Shown here: positions 1-15,502 of the stretch, in pieces
Layout: every line of letters begins with the position of its first letter
Position numbering within the stretch: position 1 is the stretch's first letter
Source of the DNA: Flaccisagitta enflata
Taxonomy: Eukaryota
Direction of reading: 5' to 3'
Assembly (NCBI GenBank): GCA_965153355.1
Contig: OZ231126.1
Location: 30,380,001-30,444,000, forward strand
Length of the DNA: 64,000 bases
Notes under the pieces: generated by a model
The model's input: only the letters and a program-made list of their open reading frames with translations
Databases searched by the model: none
What the model was told of the DNA's origin: nothing
Program-made: the position numbers and the translations under genes

Positions 1-627
1 GGCCCCGAAGGGGCCGATGACCTATGCTTTCACACAAGGGGAAATTTCTCCTCCTCCTTCTTCTTCTCCTCCTTCTCCTTCTTCTCCGTCCCCCCCCTCA
101 AGGCCCAAATCCTAGTCTCGAGACCCAAATCCTAGCTTCGAGGCTCAAATCCCTGCTTCAAAGCTCAAATCCCAGCCTTGAGGCTCAAATCTCAGTCTCC
201 AAGCTAAAATCCCAGTCTGAAGGCTCAAATCCCAGCCCTAAGACTCAAATCCCAGTCTCAAGGCACAAATCCCAGCCTTGAAGCTCAAATCCTAGCCTCG
301 AAGCTCAAATACCAGCTTCCAAGCTCAAATCCCTGCCCCGGAGCTCAAATCCCAACCTCAAAGCTCAAATCCCAGCCTCAAAGCTCAAATCTCAGCCTTG
401 AAGCTGAAATCCCAGCCTCAAAGCTCAAATCCCAGCCTCAAGGCCCTAATCCAAGCCTCAAGGCCCCAATTCCAGCCTCCAGGCCCTAATTCCATCCTTG
501 AGGCTCAAATAAAGACAGCATAGGTCATCGGCCCCTTCGGGGCCGCTGCCCCTCTTACCACCTCACTTCCACCTACAATCACATAGGGGCAACGGGTACC
601 GCTGACCATGTAACGCTTTTGCGACTA
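1..627 (+). mobile_element. Helentron/DINE-1-like HINE, subfamily A (5' end cut by window edge), carrying a 20-bp minisatellite
   Basis: GGCCCCGAAGGGGCCGATGACCTATGCT (1-28) has a perfect inverted copy at ~518-545. The 3' tail GGGTACCGCTGACCATG recurs at ~44517 and, reversed, at ~55220. Confidence 0.65.
100..510. repeat. ~20-bp minisatellite (AGGCTCAAATCCCAGCCTTG)n
   Basis: About 20 degenerate tandem copies; a related array lies at 55390-55690. Confidence 0.9.
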
Positions 628-660
628 TTCTCTCTCTCCTGACACCCCTGTCTGTCTCTA

Positions 661-1258
661 CTACTTAGGCCATGAAAAACGCAATTTACATGCACAAGGA
701 TAAGGGTACAATACTGGTCAAGGAGTGCTGCTCTCTTGAGTATTTTGGAAGTGTTTCGGTGTGAGGAGTTCGAAAAACTTGGTTCCAAAAGGCTATGATA
801 AACCGTCTTAGAGATATCAACCAATCTTTGAAAAAGTTCCATTCTGAAACTCACACAAAACTTGTCCATTTTTAGTTAAGATACCTCCAATTTGGTTTCT
901 GCAAAACAAATTCTGTCACCACTGCCACTTATCCTCTGCATTATTGCCCCTAGTAATAATAAAAGGTAAATCAGTAAAAGACTTGAGGTCCTGGTATCAT
1001 TAACTACCTCAAGGATGAAGGAGAAACCTTACAAGTTGTTGATTAAAACGCTTCAATTTGGGATCCAGCTTTGAGTGAACATTTGGGCAAAATCTTTTTA
1101 ATCCTTGCTCAAATACTGCGGAGGTACCTTCTTCAATTCAGGGGGGCATAATGGATACTAGTCCTAAACATACATGCACTCCTCCAAAGATTTGAAGACC
1201 TACATTATCAAAAATTCAAGTCTTTTTTGGTAAATTGCGTTTTTTATGGCCTAAGTAG
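661..1258. mobile_element. Tc1/mariner-type MITE
   Basis: ~29-bp TIR CTACTTAGGCCATRAAAAACGCAATTTAC at both ends; TA at 659-660 and 1259-1260. Confidence 0.85.
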
Positions 1259-1268
1259 TATCTCTATC

Positions 1269-1371
<103 letters not shown>

Positions 1372-1761
1372 CAATGTGCCTAGAATTAACATTACTGGGC
1401 AGTAAGAAAATCATGAGGTCATTCCTGTCGAGAAAATGTTGCTACTAATGGTTGTCATTACTGTTCTTACTTAACAACTGGGTTTGCCATTACGGTTGGA
1501 GCTGATACACTTCCAATTGATGATGTAAAGATCAACATTTTGTATGGACTGGTGTTGCCATTATAGCCCAAATCGTTTGTTCAAAGTTCACATTTGTTGG
1601 ATTACTTATGAAGTGGATTACTTGAAACAAAAACTCACCATTACCAAAACAAAAAACAAAACAAAAAAACACTGGAATGCTGAGATGCCCTTAGGATTAG
1701 GTCAATCCCGGCTATCAGTGTATATTACCAAGACAGTTTGTTCTTGTGCAAGTAAATGTAT

Positions 1762-1839
<78 letters not shown>

Positions 1840-2777
1840 GTGAAAAGAGCATCAATTAAAAAGCTTATTTGTTTTCTTACAATACAAAACCACCAAATAC
1901 TCTTTCTTCACAGAAAGATTAATGTGGTGAGGGTTAGCGTTGGGATAGCGTGGAGAAGGTATGGGGGCTCGGGAGCTCGCATGGGGCTCATGTGGAGGTG
2001 GTGTGGGTCATACGGTGATGTGGGGTTAAAAGGAAGGGGGAGAACCGAGCCAGCTAACTAATTGATGAGCGAGGTGGGATGATAAAAGAGGGAATATGAG
2101 ATGAAAGGGAGCAGGGTGACACGGGAAGTTCGGATCAGTAGAGGGGGCATGTGATGGAATGGGAGCAGGGTGGGATTAGAGAAGAGGGATAGTTAGATCC
2201 TAAGAGGACAGGAGGTGGGTGGTATGACGGGAAATCTAAGTGGCGGAGAGACGAAAGAGAGGGAAAAACAAATCTTTTTTTTTCACGGCAACTTTGTTGA
2301 GTGATTTCTGATGACTGATGGTTGATCGGGTGATGGAGGGAAAAAAGTAAGGAAGATTGAGCGACGAAAGACGAAAGATAAGGAATGAATTGCAGAGGAA
2401 GAAATATCACCAGATTATAGACAGCGGAACCCAAGCATAACTTTTGATGTCAGGATTTGCGTTTTAGAAGACAACAACTTTCAAGTCCCTGATTTGGGGA
2501 TTGTTATTGCATGGATTTGATCATTTGAGCTATTCAAAACTAGTTGGAATAAGGGCTCAGAGGTCGGGATTTTCTGTCAATTTTGCCAATTCTGCCAATT
2601 CCAACATGCCTTCTTTAAAGGCCGGTGCTCATAGAGAAAACGCATTAATTGATAATAATATGTGGAGGGGGACGGGGAAGGGTAATCTGTCAACGCAGGG
2701 AGAAGAAGAGCCACAAATATATATTGTCTACTCCACATTTCGATCAAAGCCGTGTTGCACTGGTGAGTTGGACACTG

Positions 2778-2803
2778 ACACACACACACGCACACGCACA
2801 CGC

Positions 2804-2871
<68 letters not shown>

Positions 2872-2902
2872 CCACACACAAACACAAACACAAACACAAA
2901 CA

Positions 2903-2995
<93 letters not shown>
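2778..2995. repeat. (CA)n microsatellite
   Basis: Direct reading. Confidence 0.95.
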
Positions 2996-2998
<3 letters not shown>

Positions 2999-4229
2999 AT
3001 TGCGGATATGCGGATATGCGGTTATGCGGATATTGTCATGTCGAAAGAACAAATGCCGTAAAGCGTGTGCACCGTGTGGAAGATCTGCAAAAGTGGAGTA
3101 GATGGTTTTGTCACGCCAGGAAGCAGGCCATGGCGTACTGGGATGCAGTCCTTAGTCCTGCTGGGAGTAGCCCAGAAGTCCTAAAAAAAGGAAGATCAAA
3201 AACGAAGAAAAGCGATAAACTTTAAAAAGACAGAGTTCTGCAGAGATGAGAGAGAGACCACCAGAAAAACTGGGAGGGGATTTCCTCTTAATGCCTTTGT
3301 TCCTTCTCTAACGACTTTCCCCCTTTTCTGGCCAAGATTATGGAGAGCAGATGACTATCTCTTTTTCCCATCGTCTTTCTTTCTGTACAGTACACTATGT
3401 CCGACTGTCTGTTATCAGGTGCGAGTTCTCTTCCCCTTTGTCTGTCATTTTGTACAGTATGGTCTGTCATAGTTGTTGACCGAAAGGAACAGCCCCTTTC
3501 CTTTCGTCTCTCTTTCTGTACAGTATAGTCTGCTTTAGTTGTTAAGTACATAAAGCCTCATTCTCATACCTATGTGTCATTTTCTGTCCGTCCCGCACTC
3601 TACCTCACTCGCTGTTTGTCTGTCTGTCTGTCTGTCCGTCTGTCTGTATTTGTAACTATATTTCACCTGCCAAACCATCTGTCTGTCCATTTCCTTATCT
3701 GTTGTCGTCTTCGACCTGTCTTTGCCAACTAGTCTGTCTGTCTGTCCATCTGTCTGACTATTTGTCCATGCGATCCTCCATCTGCCCTTTTGTTCCCTTT
3801 ACTAAAACTGGCTTTTCTTTATATCGAGATTTCTGTGGGTTTAAAAAGACGTGAAACTTGGACGACTTTGAAACACAAAGGAAACGAAAAGGCAGTTATT
3901 TTAGTGACTTTTTTTCTCTACTTTTTCCAAGTGTGTTCAAGACTTTGGATCTAAGATACAGACTCACCAACAACTAATTTGGGTGAAATGTATATCATAT
4001 TGGTTTATTTCAAACCTATAATCTTAGTTCCATAATTTGTAAAAAAAATCTAAGGGACATTTAAACAAACAAGGCCGGATACACGGCTACCGAAGACGCG
4101 TGCGGGTGGGCAGGGGCCATATTTGGGGTCCCCAGACGATTTGGGCAGAAGCAGTGAGGTCCAAAAATAAAAATCATAAAAAAAGTAAAGTGTGACCGAC
4201 CAACCGACCAACCAACCGACCGACCGACC

Positions 4230-5974
4230 CACAGTGGCAGTTGATCAAGCATTAATGATTTCGAGATTTCTTATTCATTGGGTAGGTGTATGCGTAACTT
4301 AGCTCTAGACATGATCTCAGACATGGCAGACGCATAGGTGAGATGGTATGCCACTAAAAAGCCAAAATTGACATTGCGCGTTACCGCCCCAAGGAGGCCT
4401 CCGTGTATCATATTAGGACGCCAAAATGTTTCAAATACCTTTGAATCATCATTGTACATGCTGTCGTGGTCGACCACGGGCACACGGCATGGCAGTGTCA
4501 ACTTTTCTGTTTTTGTCTTTAAGCGATTTCGTCGCGGTTCGTCGCAACAACACAATAAAACCAATATCATTTTTCGGTTGTCCAGAGGTTTAAGTTTCAT
4601 CATGGTGGTGGCAAACGGTGGCGATGCAGAAAAACGCGCGTATTTCACTTTAGAAAATTTACTTGGCTTCTAGATTTGCGAGAGGAGAATCTTATGGAGG
4701 CGGTAAAACCCGTATCCTATATCTCGATTGAATCAGTACTGAGATTTTGACGTCAGATTCACTATTGGGAGTACAGACTGACATGAACAATTAAGGATAT
4801 GATTTGACCGTTCAGTTGTTGAGCTCAAAATGTATGGATATTACCTTCAAAATTTATTCCTTATTCACCTAGTCTCTTTTGGAGTACACAGCAATGACAG
4901 ACCGACCGACCGATAGACCTTACAACGAGCATACCCGCTGCATGACGCATCAAAAAAAATGGAACAAACAAACGCGTAAAAGAAAGAAAAAAAAGGGTGA
5001 ACGTAATAAAGAAGAAAAGATCCAAAAAAAAAAAGAAAAAAGAAATGGGTGGAAAGGGTGAAATATGCTTCGTCGTTGCTCGATAACTACCACTGTGTAG
5101 CTGATTTGGGTGGTTTTAGGTGGTTGAGGTGGTCTGGGTGAAATATGCTTCGTCGTTGCTCGATAACTACCACTGTGTAGCTGATTTGGGTGGTTTTAGG
5201 TGGTTGAGGTGGTCTGGGTGAAATATGCTTCGTCGTTGCTCGATAACTACCACTGTGTAGCTGATTTGGGTGGTTTTAGGTGGTTGAGGTGGTCTGGGTG
5301 AAATATGCTTCGTCGTTGCTCGATAACTACCACTGTGTAGCTGATTTGGGTGGTTTTAGGTGGTTGAGGTTGTCTGGGTGAAATATGCTTCGTCGTTGCT
5401 CGATAACTACCACTGTGTAGCTGATTTGGGTGGTTTTAGGTGGTTGAGGTGGTCTGGGTGAAATATGCTTCGTCGTTGCTCGATAACTACCACTGTGTAG
5501 CTGATTTGGGTGGTTTTAGGTGGTTGAGGTGGTCTGGGTGAAATATGCTTCGTCGTTGCTCGATAACTACCACTGTGTAGCTGATTTGGGTGGTTTTAGG
5601 TGGTTGAGGTGGTCTGGGTGAAATATGCCTCGTTGCTCGATAACTACCACTGTGTAGCTGATTTGGGTGGTTTTAGGTGGTTGAGGTGGTCTGGGTGAAA
5701 TATGCTTCGTCGTTGCTCGATAACTACCACTGTGTAGCTGATTTGGGTGGTTTTAGGTGGTTGAGGTGGTCTGGGTGAAATATGCTTCGTCGTTGCTCGA
5801 TAACTACCACTGTGTAGCTGATTTGGGTGGTTTTAGGTGGTTGAGGTGGTCTGGGTGAAATATGCTTCGTCGTTGCTCGATAACTACCACTGTGTAGCTG
5901 ATTTGGGTGGTTTTAGGTGGTTGAGGTGGTCTGGGTGAAATATGCTTCGTCGTTGCTCGATAACTACCACTGTG
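4230..5974. mobile_element. Transib/RAG-like non-autonomous DNA transposon
   Basis: Left end CACAGTGGCAGTTGATCAAGCA; right end (reverse complement) CACAGTGGTAGTTATCGAGCA; 5-bp TSD CGACC at 4225-4229 and 5975-5979. No recognisable transposase. Confidence 0.75.
5056..5974. repeat. 80-bp tandem array, 12 copies of the transposon right terminus
   Basis: CACTGTG ends at 5097, 5177, 5257, 5337, 5417, 5497, 5577, 5654, 5734, 5814, 5894 and 5974. Units are near-identical; one is 77 bp. Confidence 0.95.
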
Positions 5975-6386
5975 CGACCGACGGACAAAGCGGGGTGTAG
6001 AGTCTCGTGCACGCGACTAGTAACAATCAGATTTCACCTGCCACGCTTATACCATGATGCATTTGTCCCAGCTTGGTTTTATATCATCCAAACATGTTGT
6101 CATGCCTTCTAAACTAAGCTTTGGTAAAGTACATAAGAAAATTGTTTTGAAATTTTTTCTGGTATAAAAATATCCTTTTAGGTATGAACACAGTTTTTGT
6201 CCGAGGTTAAAATATCTCAGCAAAGCGACCTCCAAGGGAGAGAAAGAGAGCAAAAGGAAGAAAGAAGAAACAAAACGCGTAAAACTGGAGAGAAATGGGT
6301 CATTAGGCTAAAGAACAATCTCCAGCTTCGCCACTGTTTTCTTTATCATACACATTTACAGCTATAGCTAGTGAAGGCTCAAGTTC

Positions 6387-7277
<891 letters not shown>

Positions 7278-8281
7278 TATGCGAATCCCAATCATCCCGC
7301 CACCTTTTTTTCATCAATTGGTCACTTTTATATCTTTGCATTGTGTTCTCATTTTGACATTGACGAATCATAACTTTTATATAATTATTTTAAAAAAGTA
7401 GTTCATCTCACCTATCATGGAAAAGGTTTATGCAATGTAATTGTCAGTCATTAATTTGACAGAGTTTAAATGCTGTCAACCAACAAATGTGCCGACAGAC
7501 AGACGGAAAACCCGATTTTAGATAGGACTTGAAAACATCGCTGACCAATTACCATATTGATTATAACATCCTTCTATCTCTCTCACACACTTTCACTTAC
7601 CTGGTAAAATATAATTTTTTTCGGAGAATAAGGGGGAACAGGCATGGGGGGGGGGAGGGAAAGATAAAAGGGAATAAGATTATTATTAGCATCGAGCGGA
7701 AGTTTTTAATCTCAAGAACTATTTCAAGTTTGAAAAGCAAATATTGTGTCTTGCGAGCTTTCAAGAAAAAAAAACCCTTTTGAAACATTGAATTCCGAGA
7801 TAAACTTCCAATCGTATCAAATGACGTTTAAGTAATAGGAGTATAACCCGTCACTAGCTAAGAGACTATTCAACTAACGACTTAATAGGCTGATTCCATA
7901 TTCATCTGTCAAATAAAGCGGATAGCTTTCATTCACTTTTAATAAGCTATCGTGTAAAGGAATGATCCAGTAGCCCAGCAATAATTCATGCAAAGTCGTA
8001 GGAAAGTTCTCTATCAGAAGGATATAACTCAAAATCATTTATACAGATGAACCACAACAAATAATTTAGTCCTTAAAGCTCTACAAATAATGGCCGCCAC
8101 CCCTCTCATATCCCGTAGAAAATGTACGGGAAACGTCCGGTTGCGGCTACGATTTATAAGGGCTCCAGGGCTAAATTGTTTTTTCATGGATCATATGTAA
8201 ACGTGATAAAGGGCCATATCCCTCTGACAGAGGACTATTGTATGTCATCGCATAAATCATTGTCATGCTATGATCCAGGCA

Positions 8282-8760
8282 CACAGTCGCCCAGAGCTTG
8301 ACCCCAGTTGACCGGAAATGATTGCCACCAACTTCAGTGGTTTCATGACCCTGATGGTGCATAGATTACATTTCAAGAAAAAATGAAATCTGTTTTGAGG
8401 CGCTCTTTAAGATATCTAAAAAAATAGTACTATATTACTATGTTTTTTACCATAAATCTTTGTGATGAATTTTTTTGATAATTCTGACTGCAGATTTGAT
8501 CTCGGATGACATATCAAACAAACCGGAAAATATCATCTGAGATCAAATATGCAGTCAAAATTATCAAAAAAATCTATCACAAAGAGTTATGGTAAAAAAT
8601 ATAGTAAAATAATACTACTTTTTTAGATATCTTAAAAAGCGCCCTAAAACAGATTTCATTTTTTCTAGAAATGTAATCTTTGCACTATCAGGGTCATGAA
8701 ACCATTGAAGTTGGTGGCGATCATTTCAGGTCAACTGGCGTCAAGCTCTGGGCGACTGTG
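8282..8760. mobile_element. Foldback MITE with CAC...GTG ends and 4-bp TSD (Chapaev-like)
   Basis: ~230-bp imperfect inverted arms starting CACAGTCGCCCAGAGCTTGAC; GGCA at 8278-8281 and 8761-8764. Confidence 0.85.
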
Positions 8761-9656
8761 GGCAAAGCTGAGACGTGCTGAGTATTGCGTGACATATTTC
8801 AGCCACGCTAAATTAGACTTCGTCTCATAGTCTCATACCCTTGATATTAAAGAGAAACAAACTTGAGGTCGCCTCATACCCTGAAGAAAATGAATGATGA
8901 GGCTGAGGTTGCGGCAAATGCTCATAAATTCGAGTATTATTTCAATTCTGCTTTGAGCCTCGGTAAATCATTCATTATGTCTTAATGAGGCCTAATATGA
9001 TAACTAAAACTCTCATCTTTCCTCAGCGGAATTTATGATTAACGTTGACATTGTTGTTTCATTTAATCTAATTTAATTTACATATTTTCAGGAAAACAAG
9101 GCCTGGCACTCGATCGTCAGCCACGTGCAGGTGAGTGTGGAGGCGAACATATCATTATATTTTACAACCGAATAAACATAGATAAATGTAATCGTACAAT
9201 TTAGGGCGGATACTATAATCACTCAAGGGTCTTGATAAGTCATAAGAATATGATAAATAGTTATCCATCATATCTGTGAATGTAAACTCGCAAGCACAGA
9301 CCAATCTCTGATCAAGGAACCCGCACGGCAACATTGAACAGTTTCGATGTAATAAAATATGTTTGCATATACTTCGCCATTGTCTGGTTTCCTCATTAAA
9401 GGCCGCTTGGTGTGTATATCAATTTGTACAACGAATTTCCAATTTTGACCCAATTGTACCCTTCAGAGTACCTCCTAACTGTACATGCCTGTTCATAGAA
9501 AATGCTCACGGCTCGGCAAATTGATCAACACACTAACAGACTGACAGTAACGAAATGTACATGTGCACGTGTTAAAAAATGTGCTTGTGTACAACATAAT
9601 TCGATTGTTGAAAAATGACAGGGCAATCAGAAATGTAAGTACGTATGTGTGTCTGT

Positions 9657-9763
<107 letters not shown>

Positions 9764-10188
9764 CGCGCGTGCGCACACCTAAGCTGATTTAGTAAGAAAT
9801 TGCGAATAGGGAAATAACCCAAACAACCAGGCCAATACATGTGCAGCGATAGATGGACGGACAAAAACTACCCCTTACAGAACTACTTTGGCGCTCATAA
9901 TACTTATTGAGAAAGAAAAAGACACGCTGTTACCACTTCTTCACCCCTCATGACAACCCCCCCCCTGAACCAGGCTCGAACAAATGACATTTAGATTAAA
10001 AATGAATCATGCCCTTTACTGGCTGAAGGGTGTCCTCATATCGGCTTTGTTATACCCTTAAGGATGTCCATATTTCGCCTCATTCCTGCCTGAGCAAAGC
10101 GCTTTGGACTGTGGCCAACTTGAGCTCAAATGAGTTACAGACAAAAGTGAATAAGAACGAGAGAAAAATCGGATAAAAAGCACAAGAA

Positions 10189-10310
10189 AACAAGGCCAAG
10201 TAGGTCAATAAGGTGCGACGTGTGGATCGAATGCATTACCCGACAGACCAACCGACCGACCAACCGACCGACACAGCCAGTTTTAGAGGTGCTTTGTCGC
10301 ACCTAAAAAA
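10189..10310 (-). mobile_element. Short HINE
   Basis: AACAAGGCC end, (GACC)n, and AGGTGCTTTGTCGCACCT hairpin followed by an A run. Confidence 0.65.
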
Positions 10311-10815
10311 CTCGATAACTGAATGGCGCAGCTAATCAAACAAAGTTCCATCGACGAACCGACAGAAAGTGACGGACTTTTTTTTCTTTTTTGAATGGAG
10401 GCTTTTGAACGCAAAGAGCCAACATTATCATCATCATCATCATCATCATCTTCTTCTCTTCTCGAAACTGGGAATAAATAGCCAAAAGCAGACACAGTGA
10501 CATACTCTTTCCTTTTTTGAATAGGCTTTTGGAACGCAATAGCCGCGAGAGTCATCCTCCTCGTCTTTTCGCGAAACCGGGACTCGGTATTGAAGTGGTT
10601 CTCGATCCGATTAAACCTTTTGGTATGAGCACGACTGAGCGGCTCATAAGTTCCGGCAGTCCGGCTCACTAGATCATCAGGAGATTCTCTCTATCCCCGT
10701 CAAAATTATATTATAACTCTTATGACCATCTCTTTGACGGATATTCTATCAGTCCATTTGTCTGTTTTTCTTCATGGTTCTCTCTTCTGTCTGTCTATCT
10801 GTTTTTGTCTCTGTC

Positions 10816-10870
<55 letters not shown>

Positions 10871-11375
10871 TTCATTTGTTAAGAGGAAGAAAGTGTATGA
10901 GAATGCTATGCCACGCTATTTATGAGAAGAGAGATGTCGTAGGAAAACAGTCTGGGAAGAGGGTGATGATAAGTGAGCACAAACCTGGGGTAATGCTGAG
11001 ATAATATATCCTGAGAGCCGGGTGATATCTGTATTACGAGGAAGAGTACCGGCAGGTAAATGGCAAGTCAATCAATCAATGACAATGGCGCAATGAAGAA
11101 TACAAGTGATGCAATATCGTGCCCTTAACACATTCTCTTTTCCTCTTGCTGTCAAATCACTCAAATGTGAACTTTTCAAGCGCTCCAGTCTTGTTATTTT
11201 CTACAATATGCAATTTTGATCGCCCCCCCCGTCATAGCCCCTGCCCCGAATGGCATCTATTGGAAAACGTGCTCCATGCTTTAGTCTTCCAGCAGCTCGC
11301 CTTCAAAAATTGAATTGAATGCAGGAAAGAAAGCAATGTAAGCTGGATATCGACAGACCAGATGGTGAAGGAGGA

Positions 11376-12470
<1,095 letters not shown>

Positions 12471-12473
12471 GTA

Positions 12474-13064
12474 CTATCTAGGAAATAGAAATCTTCCCGC
12501 ACGTTTCAGTCTATAACTCTTGTGAAAATCATCTGACTAAGAAAAAATTGGTGACTAAAATGAAGCTCTTCGAATTTGCAAGCCATCTACGCAAACCGCA
12601 TCCTGCTATCTCATTGGGTTTAGAAGTTATCTTAATTTGAATGAAATCATTCCATTTGAAGATTTCTTAATTTGAATTTTTTACAGTAAGTCTTATCCAT
12701 TCAAAGTTAAATATCTCCGTTGTTTTTTGATCAATTGACAAAAAATTGGTGGCCAAAATGAAGAGTTTTTCAAGGGGCATCTTTTTCCTTTTTTGCGCAA
12801 CAAATTCAGTCCAGCCGTTTAAAAGTTATGATCACTCAAAGATAAAAAGGAGGAAAAAATTTGTTTCATGGAAAAAGGCTGGAAGCCATCACTCCAAAGT
12901 ACCTCCTGATACTTTACAAATTGCTGAACCGGCCATTGGCGGTGATAATTGAGTCAGGGGGAGCCTACATCTATCATTGATCCATTTGCAATCAACAGAT
13001 ATACGTGATCATGTAGATAAATGACATGAATTCATAGGTGGGAAGATTTCTATTTCCTAGATAG
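12474..13064. mobile_element. Tc1/mariner-type MITE
   Basis: 25-bp perfect TIR CTATCTAGGAAATAGAAATCTTCCC; TA TSD. Confidence 0.85.
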
Positions 13065-14253
13065 TAAATTGTGAGTACAACCGAAGTAAATCAAAGGAAG
13101 AAAGGAAGAAAGAACTAAAGAGTTGAAATGCTAAAAAGTATGTTCGCTCAAGTATTTTATCGTGCATTGGCGTTCTCCGCTTATCTTGATGTTTCTATCA
13201 ATTTGTACTGAAAAGGCATTAAGCATTCAAGCAAGCGCCTCGCCGCCCCCAATCATAGTATGACCTTTTCAATTCAGACACTTGACATTTACAAGGAAAG
13301 AGAGCGAGAGAAGTAAAAAAATAGCGAGTTCAAAGAGTGAGGGAAATATTTCGGAGATCGTCTTGAAAAAGAAAGGCGCCTCGTTTACATTATTGATTGC
13401 ATTGACTTATGGGAACATGGTCCAATTGGAGCTAGCCACTGGAACCATGACGAGTGAAAAAATGCAGGGGTGTATAAAGTTGAGCGGCCTTTGATTTCCT
13501 TCCCCCCCCTGTCTTTGATTTCCCTCCCTGCCACTTTGGAAAATGGTTGGATTTTCTACCCCATAGAGTACAAATCTGATATAGATATAGTCAGAATAGT
13601 GTAAAATAGTGAAATAGTGTTGCAGTAATCAAATACTATCTTTTGGAACTGTCAAAAGTGTAAAATCTTCCAAAAATTTGTTTTTTCTTCTTTTCCCGTC
13701 TCAAAACCCTAACTTTATACACGTATGGAAAAACGTTATGGAAGCGAAAACTGAAGAAAATGCGAAAGTGGCATACAAGAAAATGCAAGCGCGGTGGTAG
13801 CTAGAGTTCGGCGATCTGGCTTATAAAAATCGGTTCAATTAGGTTCAATTGATAAATTAAAAATCGCGAATATAGGTTCGGTTCAGATACTGCTATAACC
13901 GACTTCCAGTTGCGGTTATTATCAATTTTTATTTGCATACTGACATTTTTTTTTTGCATGATGATTAAGTGTGGATCATTTAAGAATAGCACTGATTTTT
14001 TTTTAATCCTGCACTTTAGTAGCTATTTACTTTTACTCTTTTTATCATTTATTGTTTTTTAGATGTGTCACTTTTTATCTTTTTTTAATTTTATACGTTT
14101 TTTATTTTTTTAATTTCTATTCAGTTTTTTAATTTGGTTTAAGCTTTTCTTTTTTAACTTCTGCATTTTTTTCTATTTTTTTATGTTTGATAAACTTTTG
14201 TTTACTTTCAATTTATAGAAATTAAGCAAATGATCATCAAATGTGATGGATGC

Positions 14254-14339
<86 letters not shown>

Positions 14340-15063
14340 AGAGAGAGAGAAACCGAGTCACTTGATCGGTTTATTGTTGTATTCCGATTTCCGGTCATTG
14401 ATAAAATGGTAACCTAGTTTAGGTTATTAGCGGGTACCCTTCGACCTGTGGTGGTAGCTAAAGCAAATGTGGTGGAATGAGACGCGAAATTGAGGGAAGC
14501 AGATACGCAGGCGTAGCAGAAGCAGAAAAGCAAAAGCAGAAGCGGTGCGGGTAGTCCGAGGTAAATGATCGAAGCCGGATAGACGCTCAATAAGCAATCG
14601 CTTGCGGTTGGGCAGGGGCAGTTATGCTCTGAAATTTCTAGTTCAAACGATAACGCGTCATACGAAAATAGCATTTCTGACAGACCTACCAACAGACACA
14701 TCATCTTTAAGGATCGCACGGAGTAGCTTAGCGAGCTCAAGCGACTAATGAACAGTGGCAGCGGAGGAAGCAGATGCAAGAGCGTTGTGGGACTGCAAGT
14801 GGCGGAGTGAGTGGGCACGCAATAATAAAGACTATCGTGTTAAAGAAACTTAAAAGCTAACGGATTCTGCGCAAACAGACGCTTCATCGCTATAATACTT
14901 CATGAACAACGCTCTTGATTAGCTACGTCCGTTCCGTAACATGGTCCTGTGTTTTATGAAGTGTGCGATGGAGTGTGCTTGTATCGAATCAAAACATTAA
15001 CATTTCCATACTTTGTACCTTTACTGTCATCTATCTCGAAACCGCAGATTTCATTACGAAAAC

Positions 15064-15149
15064 ATGAAATTGATAATTTTTTTGTTCTTCGTTTACTCGG
15101 CTTACGGACTCAAGTGCTATCAAACAAAGAGAGAAGTCTCACAAGTGGG
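15064..15149 (+). CDS. Ly6/three-finger (quiver/sleepless-like) protein, coding exon 1 (signal peptide + LKCY)
   Basis: ATG at 15064 gives MKLIIFLFFVYSAYG-LKCYQTKREVSQV. GTGAGT donor at 15150 (phase 2). An upstream acceptor CCGCAG ending at 15047 suggests a 5' UTR intron. Confidence 0.8.
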
Positions 15150-15374
15150 GTGAGTTTTTCATGCGCAATTTCTCTAGAATTGGCAAAAACTGCATCTTGA
15201 AATAGCACATTAAATGTTGTAATTGGCATAGCCGATCAAAGTCTTTCCATGGCAAAGGGCAGCAATGAAATTTTTCTCGACTTTGAAAAACCATAACATT
15301 GGTGTACAATGAAATAATACCATGTAATTTGGTGACAGCATCCCTTTAGACCATGACTCCCTTTTTTTGCGCAG

Positions 15375-15502
15375 ATTGACTAATATGGGCGCGGGGCTTG
15401 ATATGGGCGACCCTTTTGAGTGTTCTTGTGACAAAGCGTCAGACTACAAACCGAAATGCGCTTTAAAGGAATGCGACTCCAAAAAGTGCAGCAGGATTGC
15501 AG
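15375..15502 (+). CDS. Ly6/three-finger protein, coding exon 2
   Basis: TTTTTTTGCGCAG acceptor, phase-compatible with exon 1. Reads (G)LTNMGAGLDMGDPFECSCDKASDYKPKCALKECDSKKCSRIA. GTAAG donor at 15503. Confidence 0.8.

Larger units (their letters stand above)
4067..6019 (-). mobile_element. HINE (Helentron/DINE-1-like, subfamily B), split by a Transib-like insertion
   Basis: AACAAGGCCGGATACACGGC stem-loop end at 4067, (GACC)n microsatellite, and the AGTC(T/G)CGTGCACGCGACT palindromic end at 6001-6018. The halves are 4067-4229 and 5975-6019. Confidence 0.75.

Noticed and set aside
1900-2430. Possible retroelement remnant on the minus strand
   Set aside because: No translatable motif found.
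4271-4673. Overlapping 125-aa and 111-aa ORFs inside the Transib-like element as a transposase
   Set aside because: No recognisable DDE/RAG1-core or zinc-binding motifs, and far too short.
5056-5974. CRISPR-like repeat/spacer appearance
   Set aside because: The 'spacers' are identical, there are no cas genes, and the context is eukaryotic; it is a plain tandem array.
14375-14910. Possible solo LTR (GC-richer block with AATAAA near the end)
   Set aside because: I could not find matching TG...CA ends with a TSD.
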